Source: Eledone cirrhosa (taxonomy: Eukaryota). From it: a stretch of DNA of 64,000 nt. Positions 39,950 through 51,149 of this stretch are shown here, in pieces. The position numbers and the translations under genes are program-made. The stretch covers positions 30,380,001 to 30,444,000 of the forward strand of contig OZ024748.1 of assembly GCA_964016885.1 (NCBI GenBank). The letters are read 5' to 3'. Under the pieces are notes generated by a model. That model saw only the letters and a program-made list of their open reading frames with translations. It was not told the DNA's origin and did no database searches. The first letter of the stretch is position 1; each line of letters begins with the position of its first letter.

Positions 39950-41240
39950 TTTCATCATCATGGCTTGACTTTATGAATGAAGATTATGAAGGGAGTAGTC
40001 CACATTGATTGCAGGCATGCTCACGGGTGTTCAGGCCAATGTGGGACAGGCAAGCAGGGTTTGATGACTGGGTGTTGTGGTTCTCCTTCCTGTGCCTTTT
40101 GTCTTTGAGGGTAGCACTGTCATTGTTTTCAAAGGAAAAGATAGCATGGTTGATGTTGAGATGCCAGGCATCACAGTTCTTAACTATGGAATCCCACTAG
40201 CGATGGTCGATGTGATTTTTTCAAACATTCCTTGTATTGCTTCCTTGGTGCCCCCCTGTTATGATGACCAGTGGAGAGTTCACTGTACAGAGTGATCCTG
40301 GGCAGGCGATGATCCTTCATCATGGAATCATGCCCTGCCCAGTGAAGTTGGGACATTAGCAGGATGGCCTCAATGCTGCCGACATCTGCCCATTCAAGGA
40401 CTTCATCATTCAATGTTGAGGATGGTGCGGAGGCAGCACTGGTAGAAGCACTCGAGGAGTCGAAGGTGGTGGCGATAAGTGAACCATAATTCTGAGCCAA
40501 CTCCAAGAGAAGTGCTAAGAGTAAAATAAAGGGCTGTATATGGTGTTTATTGACTTGACTAAAACTTTTAATACAGTGAGCAGAAAAGAGATTATGGAAC
40601 AACTTGGCTGTCCCCCAAAGTTCCTGAACATAGTCATCCAGCTACACAAGACCAGTGTGGCCAAGTCAGACTCAACAGTGACCTCCCGGAACCCTTCTTG
40701 ATCATCAATGGAATGAGGCAGGGTTGTGTCCTGGCACCAAATCTCTTCACCATCTTCTTCAGCATGATGCTCAAGCAGGCCACAGAAGATCTTGATGAGG
40801 ACGGAGTCTGCATCAGAAACCATCTTGATGGCACCCTGTTTAATCTTTGTTGACTACAAGCCCACACAAAGACCCTGGAGCAACTGATCTGAGATCTCCT
40901 CTTGCCAACGATGCTAGACAGAAAGAGCCTTACAGTGCATCACTTCCTGCTCTACAGAGGCTGCTCAGCTCTTTGGGCTGGAAATAAGCTTAAAGAAGAC
41001 AGAGGTATTCAACCAGCCTACACCTCAAGAAGAGTACCACCCTCCCCATATCACCATTGGCCAGACTGAACTGAAAAAAACTCCATCAGTTCACATACCT
41101 GAGATGCCCCATCACATCAACAGAGAAATCAGCAACAGACTGACAAAGGTGAGCAGACTGTACAAACCCATGTGGAACAATAAACATCTGAAGAAGGGTA
41201 CCAAGATCAGAGTGTACAGAGCCATAGTCCTTACCACCCT
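39950..41240. mobile_element. RTE-BovB-like LINE with inverted 5' segment
   Basis: Minus 40412-39950: NDEVLE..QLHWAGH..RLPRITLYSEL to the 3' tail. Plus 40495-41240: LQEKC..FIDLTK..QGCVLAPNLFTIFFS..YRAIVLTTL. Confidence 0.8.
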
Positions 41241-41659
41241 TATTGTATTATGTTGTTATTGTTTAATATTGTTACCATTATTATTTATTACAATTATGGT
41301 TATTGTTATTCCTATTGGTTTTCCTTTGTTGATGTCCCCTGCCCCTAAATATAAACCCCACTTTGTGTTGTTGTTTTTTTGTCTTTATATTATCTCCAGT
41401 GTCTTGGGCCTTTCAATGTCATCATTTTGCATCAACATTTCATGCTGACATGGGTTGGATAGAACCCCCATCCTTCATATGTTCCATGTTTGGCATGGTT
41501 TCTACAGCTGGATGCCCTTCCTAATGCCAACCACTTTACTGAGTGTACTGGATGCATTTTATTATGATACAAGCATTATCACTTTACAGAGTTTATTGGG
41601 TGTATCTTATTATGGCATCAACACTACCACATTACAGAGTGAACTGGGTGTATTTTATC

Positions 41660-42310
41660 ACGCTTTGTGGTATTTAGTTAGTTATGTCCCTTTACATTCT
41701 GAGTTCAAATCCCACTGAGGTTAGTTTAGCCTTTCATCCTTACAGGGTTGATAAAAAAAGTATGAATAATGTACTGGGGTCAATTTAATCAACTTTTCCT
41801 TCTCCCAAAACTGTTGGCCTTGTGCCTAAATCAGAAACCATTATTATTAGAGCAGTGGATTGGCAGAGTCGTTAAAATGTTGGGCAAAATGCTTTGTGGC
41901 ATTTAATTAGTTACGCCTCTTTACATTCTGAGTTCAAATTCTGCCAATGTCAAATTTGCCTTTCATCCTTCTGAAGTCGATAAAATAATCCACCAATAAT
42001 GCATTGGAGTCGATTTAATCATTAATAAATAATTGATATAACTATAGTAATAATGGTTTAGTGAAGGCACATGGTTTAGTGGTTAGAGGACTGGATTTGC
42101 AATCATGAGGTTGTGAGTTTGGTTCCCGGACCGAGTGATGTGTTATGTTCTTGAGAAAAACACTTTATTTCATGCTGCTCTTTCTGCCAGGAGTTGCGAC
42201 CGGTTGATAGTATCAGCAATAGAAAGACCAATGGAAACATTGTTTCCTTGGTCCGATAAAATTGCTGACCTTGTGCCTAAATTAGAAACCATTAAAATTA
42301 TTATTATTAG
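41660..42310 (+). mobile_element. Cluster of tRNA-SINE copies
   Basis: B-box GAGTTCAAAT plus core. Other copies at ~11150, 24830, 27540, 32420, 34270, 37432, 39790, 54440, 55330 (+) and 57346, 57812 (-). Confidence 0.75.
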
Positions 42311-42772
42311 TTCTATCATTAAGCCTCCTCTTATATCTGTGTTGATGTCCTCTTCCTTTTATTCAACACCCCACTTTGTCCTTCTATTGTCCTCAATGTC
42401 TTGCACCGTTCTGGTCAATAAAGGAATCACTATTATGCAATAATAATAAAAATCATCATCATTATTATCATTATCACCATCATCATCATTATCATCATCA
42501 TCATTGTCATCATTATCATCATCATTATAATCATCATCGTCTTTTGAACAGTTTCATGCAACTAGCTGCTGTTGCTTCTACTACTATTGTTGTTTATTTA
42601 TTAATTATTTCTAATCACAATTACAAGTCAACGGAAGAGAAGGCAGAAAAAGGAAGAATACACCATCACCACCACTGCCACCGTCACCACCACTATCACT
42701 ATTACCACCACTGCCACCGTCACCACCACCACTACCACAAAAACTACTACACCATCATCACCACCAATCAAC

Positions 42773-42937
42773 ATGGATCTTCTGTACTGGACAAAAACCA
42801 ACAATACCTGGATTACATACGAGGATATTTTTGCTCATGGAGGCAAAGTTATTCCAGCCTTAGGTATATTATTTTTCGCAACGGTACTTGGTACATTCGG
42901 AAACATTTTCACCATTCTGGCTATCGTTTTCACAAAG
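42773..42937 (+). CDS. Melatonin-receptor-like class A GPCR exon 1 (N-terminus plus TM1)
   Basis: MDLLYWTKTNNT..LGTFGNIFTILAIVFTK|GTAACT, with TM1 GN motif and N-glycosylation sequon NNT. 165 nt. Confidence 0.85.
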
Positions 42938-43024
42938 GTAACTTTCACAGTCTCCCTTCTCACTTTCTGTCCTCCTCTCTTACTGGCATTTATTGTATGT
43001 ATGTATGTATGTATGCTTGTATGC

Positions 43025-44140
43025 TTCACGGCACAGGCATTGCTTTATATCTGGAGATCTCTCTGCACTTGTCATCACATGGTACCATGGGCCCAGCACT
43101 ATGTGTCAATAATTGTCACAAGTGTAGTGTTTGTACCAGAGTTTTCAAGTCGCTGGCTGGACTAAAAAGTCACACTCATTCAGTGCATCGGTAAGGGTTC
43201 TCCTACATGGATATAAAGTAGTAGCCGTACTCGAAAACGAGTTGGCAGCCACCATGCTTGTATGCATGTATGTGTGTATGTATGTTATGTATGTATACAT
43301 GTATGTATGCATGTATGTGTGTATGTATGTTATGTATGTATGTATGTGTGTATGTATGTTATGTATGTATGTATGCTTATATGCATGTATGTGTGTATGC
43401 ATGTTATGTATGTATGTATGTGTGTATGTATGTTATGTATGTTATGTATGTATGTATGCATGTATGTTATGTATGTATGTATGCATGTATGTATGTATGT
43501 ATGTATGTATGTGTGTGTGTTTACATCCGATATCGAACCTCAGGCAGCATATTTAACATCAGGCGCTTTGCTGTGAAGACAAAAGTATTTACATCAATCA
43601 TAAGAGACCTCTTGTATGCAGATGATTGCGATCTTGTAGCGCACACAGAGAGTGATATGCAGCACATTTTGAATGCATTTTCTGACGCTTGCACTGCCCT
43701 AGGTCTGACTGTCAGTCTCAAGAAAACCGTTGTCATGTACCAACCTGCCCCTGGTAAGCAGTACACTGAACCAAACATCTATGTGTATGGCAAACGACTT
43801 GGAGTGGTTGATCAGTTTGTCTACCTGGGAAGCACTGTCAATCGATACAGCAACCTTGACAGTGAAATCTCACTTAGGATTAGGAAAGCAAGTGATGCTT
43901 TCGGAAAGCTAGAAAGGCGACTCTGGGGTCGGCGAGACATATGCAGGAGGACAAAGGTAAAGGTGTACAGGGAATGTGTGCTCTCTTGTCTTCTTTATGC
44001 CTGCGAGACCTGGGTCACATATCAACACCACCTTAAGCAATTGGAGCGTTTCCATCAGATGTGTCTCAGACGGATCCATGGCGTTCACTGGAGGGACCAC
44101 ATCAGTGATGTCGAGATTTTGGAAAGCTCTATGTGTGACA
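43025..44140 (+). mobile_element. RTE LINE pieces separated by a (TATG)n tract, in GPCR intron 1
   Basis: 43090-43255 encodes the C-terminal CSVC..LKSHTHSVH plus 3'UTR. 43521-44140 encodes IRDLLYADDCDL..FVYLGS..LLYACETW. Confidence 0.85.
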
Positions 44141-44339
44141 GTATATATATATATATATATAACTGTCTGTCTATCTGCTTGCATGTATGTCTACCTAGCT
44201 ACCTGTCAATCTACCTGTTTATCTATCTATTTACCTACCTACTATTGACCCATCTCCATCCACCTACTTTTCTCTCTCTCTATGTTGTTCTGTATGTTTT
44301 AAGTATTGTTTTCTTTATCTATTGATTTACCATTCTTAG

Positions 44340-44430
44340 AAACTGAGAACAACAGAGAACATATTTTTGGTAAATCTCGCTGTGGCTGATTTATTCATTT
44401 CGAGTTTAGTGAATATATTTAGTCATATAG
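44340..44430 (+). CDS. GPCR exon 2 (TM2)
   Basis: cttAG|KLRTTENIFLVNLAVADLFISSLVNIFSHI-G|GTAAGT, with NLAxAD motif. 91 nt. Confidence 0.88.
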
Positions 44431-45299
44431 GTAAGTATGCTGTCATATTGATAATATTTGTAATATTGGTAAATATAAATATATATAGCTAGAAATAGCA
44501 GCCGAAGCCTTTCAACAAGAAAAAGCTCATGGAATATATACAAAGAAGATTATTCCTTATTGCAAGGTATCTAAATTCAAAGTTCTCATTAAATTTTAAT
44601 ATGTTACCTCTGTAACTATATGTGGTTACACTTTTTACAAATTATCTCCTGTTAATGTTTGATATGTTTATTTTATATATATGTTTCAATCCACCTTTAA
44701 TTCAATTTTTAATAAATGCTCGGATTTATTCCTTAGAATCTTTAAGCTTCTTCTACAGGTGGTATGGCACAAGTTTCTGATCTTCTCAGACTTGACATCT
44801 TTAATTTTGTTGGTATATATATATACATACATATACAAGAAGATAAATTAAATTTCGTTTGTGCAGACAATTATGTTTGAGGTGAATGTGCCGACAAAAT
44901 AAATATGGAGGACTGCATATCAAATATTTTGTTCTCGACATGTTCCTTGTAGTGCGTATCATAGGTGTACAGTTAAAGAGGTTACGGTACAATTTCCAAG
45001 GTAAAGACTATGGAGTATTTATAAGGATATATATGGTACCAGGAAAAAAATCAGGAAAAACTAGGCATGAAGATGTAGACAGAAGGAGAAATTTATTGAG
45101 TGTTGAATGTTTAACATATGTTTCTGTACAACTACATAACCGTCTACATCTGCTGACTATATTATACAATGTTCATTTGTATTAGGTTTTATCTCAACAG
45201 AAACTAATAACAGAGGGGACAAGCGGGTGGCAAGAAGTTGGGTGGTATAATGGGTGACTATTTCAAGTAAAGTGGACACAGAGAGACAGGATCCAATTC

Positions 45300-46170
45300 T
45301 ATGCTACACAGGATGATAATTAGTGAAAGTTTTTTAGGCCGTATGTTGGCTCCTAAAGATTCTGCCATATCGAGAGTTCAACAGAATTGATCCAGTCATA
45401 ATTTCCAACACTTCCATCACACAAAGTTTTCAGGAGCATCTTTCATTTTGGTATGGGCGGGTGAATATTAATATTGACCAAGAAAGTGTGTAATCCATCT
45501 TATCCTGTTTTAAATCCCAAATTTTTTTGACTGGGTCAGTTGATTTATGTAGCTCAGGATTCTTGAATGAATGAGTGTGCACATGCCATCTTTTTTTTTA
45601 AAAGTTGGATGTGGCACGCACATTTTTATATGTCGCCAATTTGGTTTTGACCACACATTGGAAAAACAATGCATTTTCCATTTAGAAAACAGTTATTAGC
45701 TTGCCTGCAATTGCAGTGTGTTTGTGCAAAGTGTATGGGATTTTCGTTTGTTCTTGCATTTGGGGTGGTATTCGAAATATGGGGAGGTTGTGTTAGATTT
45801 GCACATACATTGTTCAATCCATCAAAATGGTTGGGCATACCCCTGCCCAATGTGGAGGGTTGGGAAGATGGTCAGTTAGTTGTTATGAGTTTGGAGTTAG
45901 ATACAATCCCTGGTTCAAGCTGGTTGTTTCTGTTAAAACCACAGAGGTGCTTATTATTTAATTCTATAATGAAGATGCTAAGGTTTGCCATGGTAGAGTA
46001 GGGCAACTGTCTCTGGGAGGAAAGCTTTCATCTAATAATCTAAAGAAAAGCGAAGATATTATGGTAGTGACATTATGTGGAGGATTAAACCATAGGTAGA
46101 ACGTTGAGCGAAAGGGCTTTGGTGTTTTCATTAATGGTAGATATATCCACGTCCGTGGATGAATGTGCTT
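45300..46170 (-). mobile_element. Penelope-like element fragment (linker plus degenerate GIY-YIG)
   Basis: LWFNPPHNVTT and HCNCRQANNCFLNGKCI motifs on the minus strand. Confidence 0.7.
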
Positions 46171-46251
46171 CAATAATTCATTATATATATATGATGATAA
46201 TGGTGATGATGATATATATATATTCACACACATATTTGCTTGTCATGCCAG

Positions 46252-46670
46252 GTGCCATAGAAGGTGAAGTGTATTTCAAGGACAAGCGGGCCCTCTGTGA
46301 GTTTATCGGCTTTATCTGTTTGGTCTGCTGTCTGGTTTCCCTGTTCAACATCACCACTGTGGCTGTCAATCGTTACATTTTCATATGTCAACACAACTAC
46401 TACCACACTATATTCACGCCAATGAAAACTTTGATGATTGCAATATCACTGTGGTTGATTGCAATGCTTTTGGAAAGTGTTAATTTCATGCCATGGGGAA
46501 ACCATGGTTATGACAAGAAGACCCTCAGCTGTATTTGGGATCGGACAGCTAGCCTTGCCAACACCATTTTCATCTCCGTTGTTGGCATATCATTACCTGT
46601 TATTACCACAACTCTCAGCTACATCATGATTTTTTACCACTTTTACCAGGCAAAGCAAAGACTGAACAAG
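46252..46670 (+). CDS. GPCR exon 3 (TM3-TM5)
   Basis: LCEFIG..VAVNRYIFICQ (NRY motif)..LW..GYDKKTLSCIW..LP..SYIMIF..RLNK|GTGAGA. 419 nt. Confidence 0.9.
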
Positions 46671-47060
46671 GTGAGATATCTTTGTATTTTCTTCTCTTTC
46701 CCCAGCAAACTCTTTAGAAAGTGGGCCTTTTCTCTCTCTCCAGCAAACATTTGAAAGGTGAGCACTAACACTTTCCAGATCGTACAGGGTGCATTTTATT
46801 TTCACCAGCACTACCACTTTACAGAGTGTACTGGGTGCCTTTTACCATAGCACCAACACTAACACTTTACAAGGTGTATTGAGTACATTTTACCATGGCA
46901 CCAACACTAGGGAGGTTGTCACAGTTATTCTATATCTTCTGTTGATTTTTTTTCCTTTTCTACCATTCTTTTTTTATGTCATTATTTTCTTTTTATATAT
47001 ATATGTATATATATAGAACTGACAAGATTATTTTCTTTTCTTTCTTTTTTTTTTATATAG

Positions 47061-47393
47061 AACCGACAAGAATCGGAGAAGAAAAATACATTGCAGGAAT
47101 CAAAAAAACTGATGAAGACCCTTTTCTCCCTCTTCATAGTGTTCTCTGTATGTTGGTTGCCCTATGCCTTTATTGTACTGTCAGATGTCTATGACACATA
47201 TAACCCACTTATCCATATCTATTCAGTAAATATTGCCCACCTCAACTCCTGTCTGAACCCTGTGGTTTATGTTGCCACCAATGAACACTTCAGGGTGGCT
47301 TTTAAGAAGATCTTCATGTTACAGTGTAGATATGAACAGAAAAAGGTAGCCAACTGTTCTGTGCAAGAGACGCAAATGTATTCTGTCACATGA
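47061..47393 (+). CDS. GPCR exon 4 (TM6-TM7 and tail)
   Basis: Long pyrimidine tract plus AG, then CWLPY and NSCLNPVVY..NEHFRVAF, and stop. The spliced total is 1008 nt. Confidence 0.9.
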   Translation, partial: NRQESEKKNTLQESKKLMKTLFSLFIVFSVCWLPYAFIVLSDVYDTYNPLIHIYSVNIAHLNSCLNPVVYVATNEHFRVAFKKIFMLQCRYEQKKVANCSVQETQMYSVT

Positions 47394-47420
47394 AATGGAT
47401 GAAAGATGTAGGAAAATGTG

Positions 47421-47491
<71 letters not shown>

Positions 47492-47688
47492 GTTGCTGCT
47501 GTTGCTGCTGCTGCTGCCACCACCACCACCACCACCATCATAACTAACATCACCACTGCACCATCATCACTCCTACCACTGTCACCACAATCCCTACTGC
47601 ACCACTATATATATATGTATATATATGATTGATATTAAATTCTCTATTTAAAACAATTTTTGTTTCACTTGGCATCTTATCAAAATTA

Positions 47689-48572
47689 AGGTGTTGGAGA
47701 TTTGTAAAATATAGCTATAGGTGTTGGAGAGAGTTTGTAAAATATAGCTATAGGTATTGGAGAGAGTTTGTAAAATATAGCTATAGGTGTTGGAGAGAGT
47801 TTGTAAAATATAGCTATAGGTGTTGGAGAGAGTCTGTAAAATATAGCTATAGGTATTGGAGAGAGTTTGTAAAATATAGCTATAGGTATTGGAGAGAGTT
47901 TGTAAAATATAGCTATAGGTGTTGGAGAGAGTTTGTAAAATATAGCTATAGGTATTGGAGATAGTTTGTAAAATATAGCTATAGGTATTGGAGAGAGTTT
48001 GTAAAATATAGCTATAGGTGTTGGAGAGAGTTTGTAAAATATAGCTATAGGTATTGGAGAGAGTTTGTAAAATATAGCTATAGGTATTGGAGAGAGTCTG
48101 TAAAATATAGCTATAGGTATTGGAGAGAGTTTGTAAAATATAGCTATAGGTATTGGAGATAGTCTGTAAAATATAGCTATAGGTATTGGAGAGAGTCTGT
48201 AAAATATAGCTATAGATGTTGGAGAGAGTTTGTAAAATATAGCTATAGGTGTTGGAGAGAGTTTGTAAAATATAGCTATAGGTATTGGAGAGAGTTTGTA
48301 AAATATAGCTATAGGTGTTGGAGAGAGTTTGTAAAATATAGCTATAGATGTTGGAGAGAGTTTGTAAAATATAGCTATAGGTATTGGAGAGAGTTTGTAA
48401 AATATAGCTATAGGTGTTGGAGAGAGTTTGTAAAATATAGCTATAGATGTTGGAGAGAGTTTGTAAAATATAGCTATAGGTATTGGAGATAGTCTGTAAA
48501 ATATAGCTATAGGTGTTGGAGAGAGTTTGTAAAATATAGCCATAGGTGTTGGAGAGAGTTTGTAAAATATAG
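47689..48572. repeat. 33-bp minisatellite, about 27 copies
   Basis: Unit AGGTRTTGGAGAGAGTTTGTAAAATATAGCTAT. Confidence 0.95.
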
Positions 48573-49248
48573 TTTTGGGTTTTGTGATTTTTGTAAAACT
48601 GTAATGGTTTCATGACAAAATGTTTTGGGCACTTGTGTACTAGATCAGGTGAAGATATACCAGTAATATAATTAGGTTGATTACAGAAATTGCAGCCTTT
48701 ACTATGTAAAATCAAATCAATACGATGTAATAAAATTTAATGTGAAAATTGATGTTTGGTTGTTTATTAATGTTGTTGTTATTGTTGTATGGATGCAGCA
48801 TGGCTGAATGGGAATGAATTTTTTTCATTAGGTCCAAGATTTGACCCCACTGTGTGGCATGTTGAGCAAATGTCCTTTATACACACATACACATACATAC
48901 ACCACACACACACACACATATACACATACACCACGCACACATGCACACACACATACATACACCCATACACATACCGCATACATACACACATACACACACA
49001 CCCACATCCATCCATCCATACATGCATACATAGATACACATATACATACATATATACATAAATACATACAAACATACATATATATACATACATATATACA
49101 CATAACCGTGCCTGTGAACTCATTAAGAAAATGTATCCTTTGTATTACTACACAATATGTTCGTTAAAATGGATTTGCTGTTTTTTCTTTGGGATGAATT
49201 GAATAAAATAGAAGGTAAATGACACAATCAAATTTAATGTAATGTTGA

Positions 49249-49640
49249 TTGAGGTCATTGTTTTAACATAAAATACTCTCAAGTGCTGTTCACAGCTCCA
49301 TATAAGACAAAGATAGTAATGGAAATTTTATGTGAAACCCTATGAATCCTAATATCTTAGGCATTTAAAACCTATCCTGAATCATTTGAGGTTATTGTTT
49401 TAACATAAAATACTCTCAAGTGCTGTTCACAGCTCCATATAAGACAGAAATAGTAATGGCACTTTTATGTAGAAACCTATGTTTGCATTCATATATCTAT
49501 ACATTTAAAAACTATTGTTGAATCCCTTTGAGGTCATTGTTTTAATATCAAATACTCTCAAGTGGTGTTCACAGCTCCATATAAGGCAAAGATAGTAATG
49601 GCAATTTTATATAGAAACCTATGTTTGCATTCATATACCT
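49249..49640. repeat. Three tandem ~140-bp repeats
   Basis: TTGAGGTCATTGTTTTAACATAAAATACTCTCAAGTGCTGTTCACAGCTCCATATAAG at ~49249, 49387 and 49528. Confidence 0.85.
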
Positions 49641-50042
49641 GTATACATTTACACTTCTATATAAATTAATCAATATACCTGCTCATAAATAATATATGTG
49701 TCCGCTGAAGCCAATTAACTTAGTTAACTGATGGTAGTGGGTAAGGGTAACTATTGTAAATGTATACAATATATACACTCTACAGTAAACCTCGTTTATA
49801 GTTGAACATGTAAAATGGCTGTCACCTTTTAATCCTCAAATTTTGAGTTCCAGATATCACATGAAAAGTGCCCCTCCATATATATATGTGTGTGTGTGTG
49901 GTTTGCATTAGGAAGGGCATCCAGTCAAAGAAACCAGGGCAATATCAATTCTGTATAGGAAAGACATGGTCATTTGATCTGGCTTATCTCACAACAGGAC
50001 AACTAATCTAATCCATGGAAAAATGGACATTAATATATATAT

Positions 50043-50415
50043 ATGTTTAGGATTGCAAGACAATGTGTCAAGGAAAGGTGTGTCTATAATGATGATGGTG
50101 TACTTGCCCACAATGATACTGCTAAAAAGGTAGCTTGGAAGTGTCACTACGAGAGACTACTAAATAAGGAGAATGAATGGGATAAAGATATATATTTATA
50201 AATTGATCCAACAGAGAGATCAGTTGTGCAAGTTAGTGGTAGTATAGTAAGTAAGGCAATCAAAGATATGAAGAAAGGCAAGGCAGAGATAGAGGAAACT
50301 TTAGAGGCATTAAGTTAGTTGACCAGGTTATGAAGGTCATAGAAAGAGATATTACACAACTAATTAGAAACCGAATTGATTTAGATGAAATGCAGTTTGG
50401 GTTTGTGCCAGAAAG
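50043..50415 (+). mobile_element. RTE LINE fragment
   Basis: FRIARQCV..AWKCHYERLLNKENEWDK..DEMQFGFVP. Confidence 0.75.
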
Positions 50416-50787
50416 AGGAAAAATGAACCAATCGCTTTGGGTCCCATGCAGCTTGAGGCATTCTCCAAAGCTAAACAGAATTTAGCAAACACATCTCTGC
50501 TTGCACACTCTGTGTCTGGTGCCCAGTTTTCGCTGGTTGTGGATGCATCAAACACATCTGTAGGTGCAGTATTGCAACAACATCAACCTCTTGCTTTCTT
50601 TTCAAAGCAGCTAAAGCCCGCCGAATCCCACTATATCACTTTCAGCCACAAACTGTTAGTCATTTTCCTGGCTGTCAAACACTTTTGGTATTCACTGAAA
50701 GGCTGACAATTTATGATCTTTACCGACCATCGTCCGCTTACGTTTGCACTTTGTTCCAATCCGAACAAATACTCGCCTTGGGAAACT

Positions 50788-51116
50788 TGTAGCAGTTGCC
50801 TCCCTTGTTGTGACTCACAACCCCAATAGATTAACAACATCTAGATGGGAAGTAGAACCCTTTCTGTAACTTCCGGTCAGAACCCTATAAAACTAACAAC
50901 TTTAAGTTCTCACTCTCTCATTGGCCCTTCCGGCGCCTGGCCTTCGGCAGGCGTCTTCTGCCAGCCTGCGTTTGCCTGGCAATCAAAACGGTAACTACTA
51001 ACTTTGCCTAATTCTTTCGTTTATTCATTGACATGTCAACTATACTGTTAAATTGTTGATTAAATAATATACACACAAACCATGTCTCCTTGTTACATTC
51101 ATACACACCAGCTATA
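50788..51116 (+). mobile_element. Gypsy LTR (329 bp)
   Basis: Termini TGTAGC...GCTATA, TATAAAA at ~50886 and ATTAAA at ~51059, immediately followed by the PBS. Confidence 0.75.
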
Positions 51117-51117
51117 T

Positions 51118-51149
51118 TGGTAACCCCGACGTGATACGAACACGCAGCC
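51118..51149 (+). promoter_or_regulatory. Primer-binding site complementary to the tRNA-Trp 3' end
   Basis: TGGTAACCCCGACGTGATACGAACACGCAGCC versus the recalled metazoan tRNA-Trp reverse complement TGGTGACCCCGACGTGATTTGAACACGCAACC. Confidence 0.8.

Noticed and set aside
42376-43194. His-rich 272-aa ORF ending in a C2H2 finger
   Set aside because: A chimera of (CAT)n/(CAC)n repeats, an off-frame GPCR exon and an RTE C-terminus.
47629-48715. 355-aa and 285-aa repetitive ORFs, and a CRISPR-like appearance
   Set aside because: Contiguous 33-bp tandem units with no unique spacers and no cas genes, in a eukaryotic context.
48779-49167. Multiple Cys/Val/His/Thr-rich ORFs (also at 11527-12047 and 43131-43576)
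   Set aside because: (CA)n and (TATG)n microsatellite translations.
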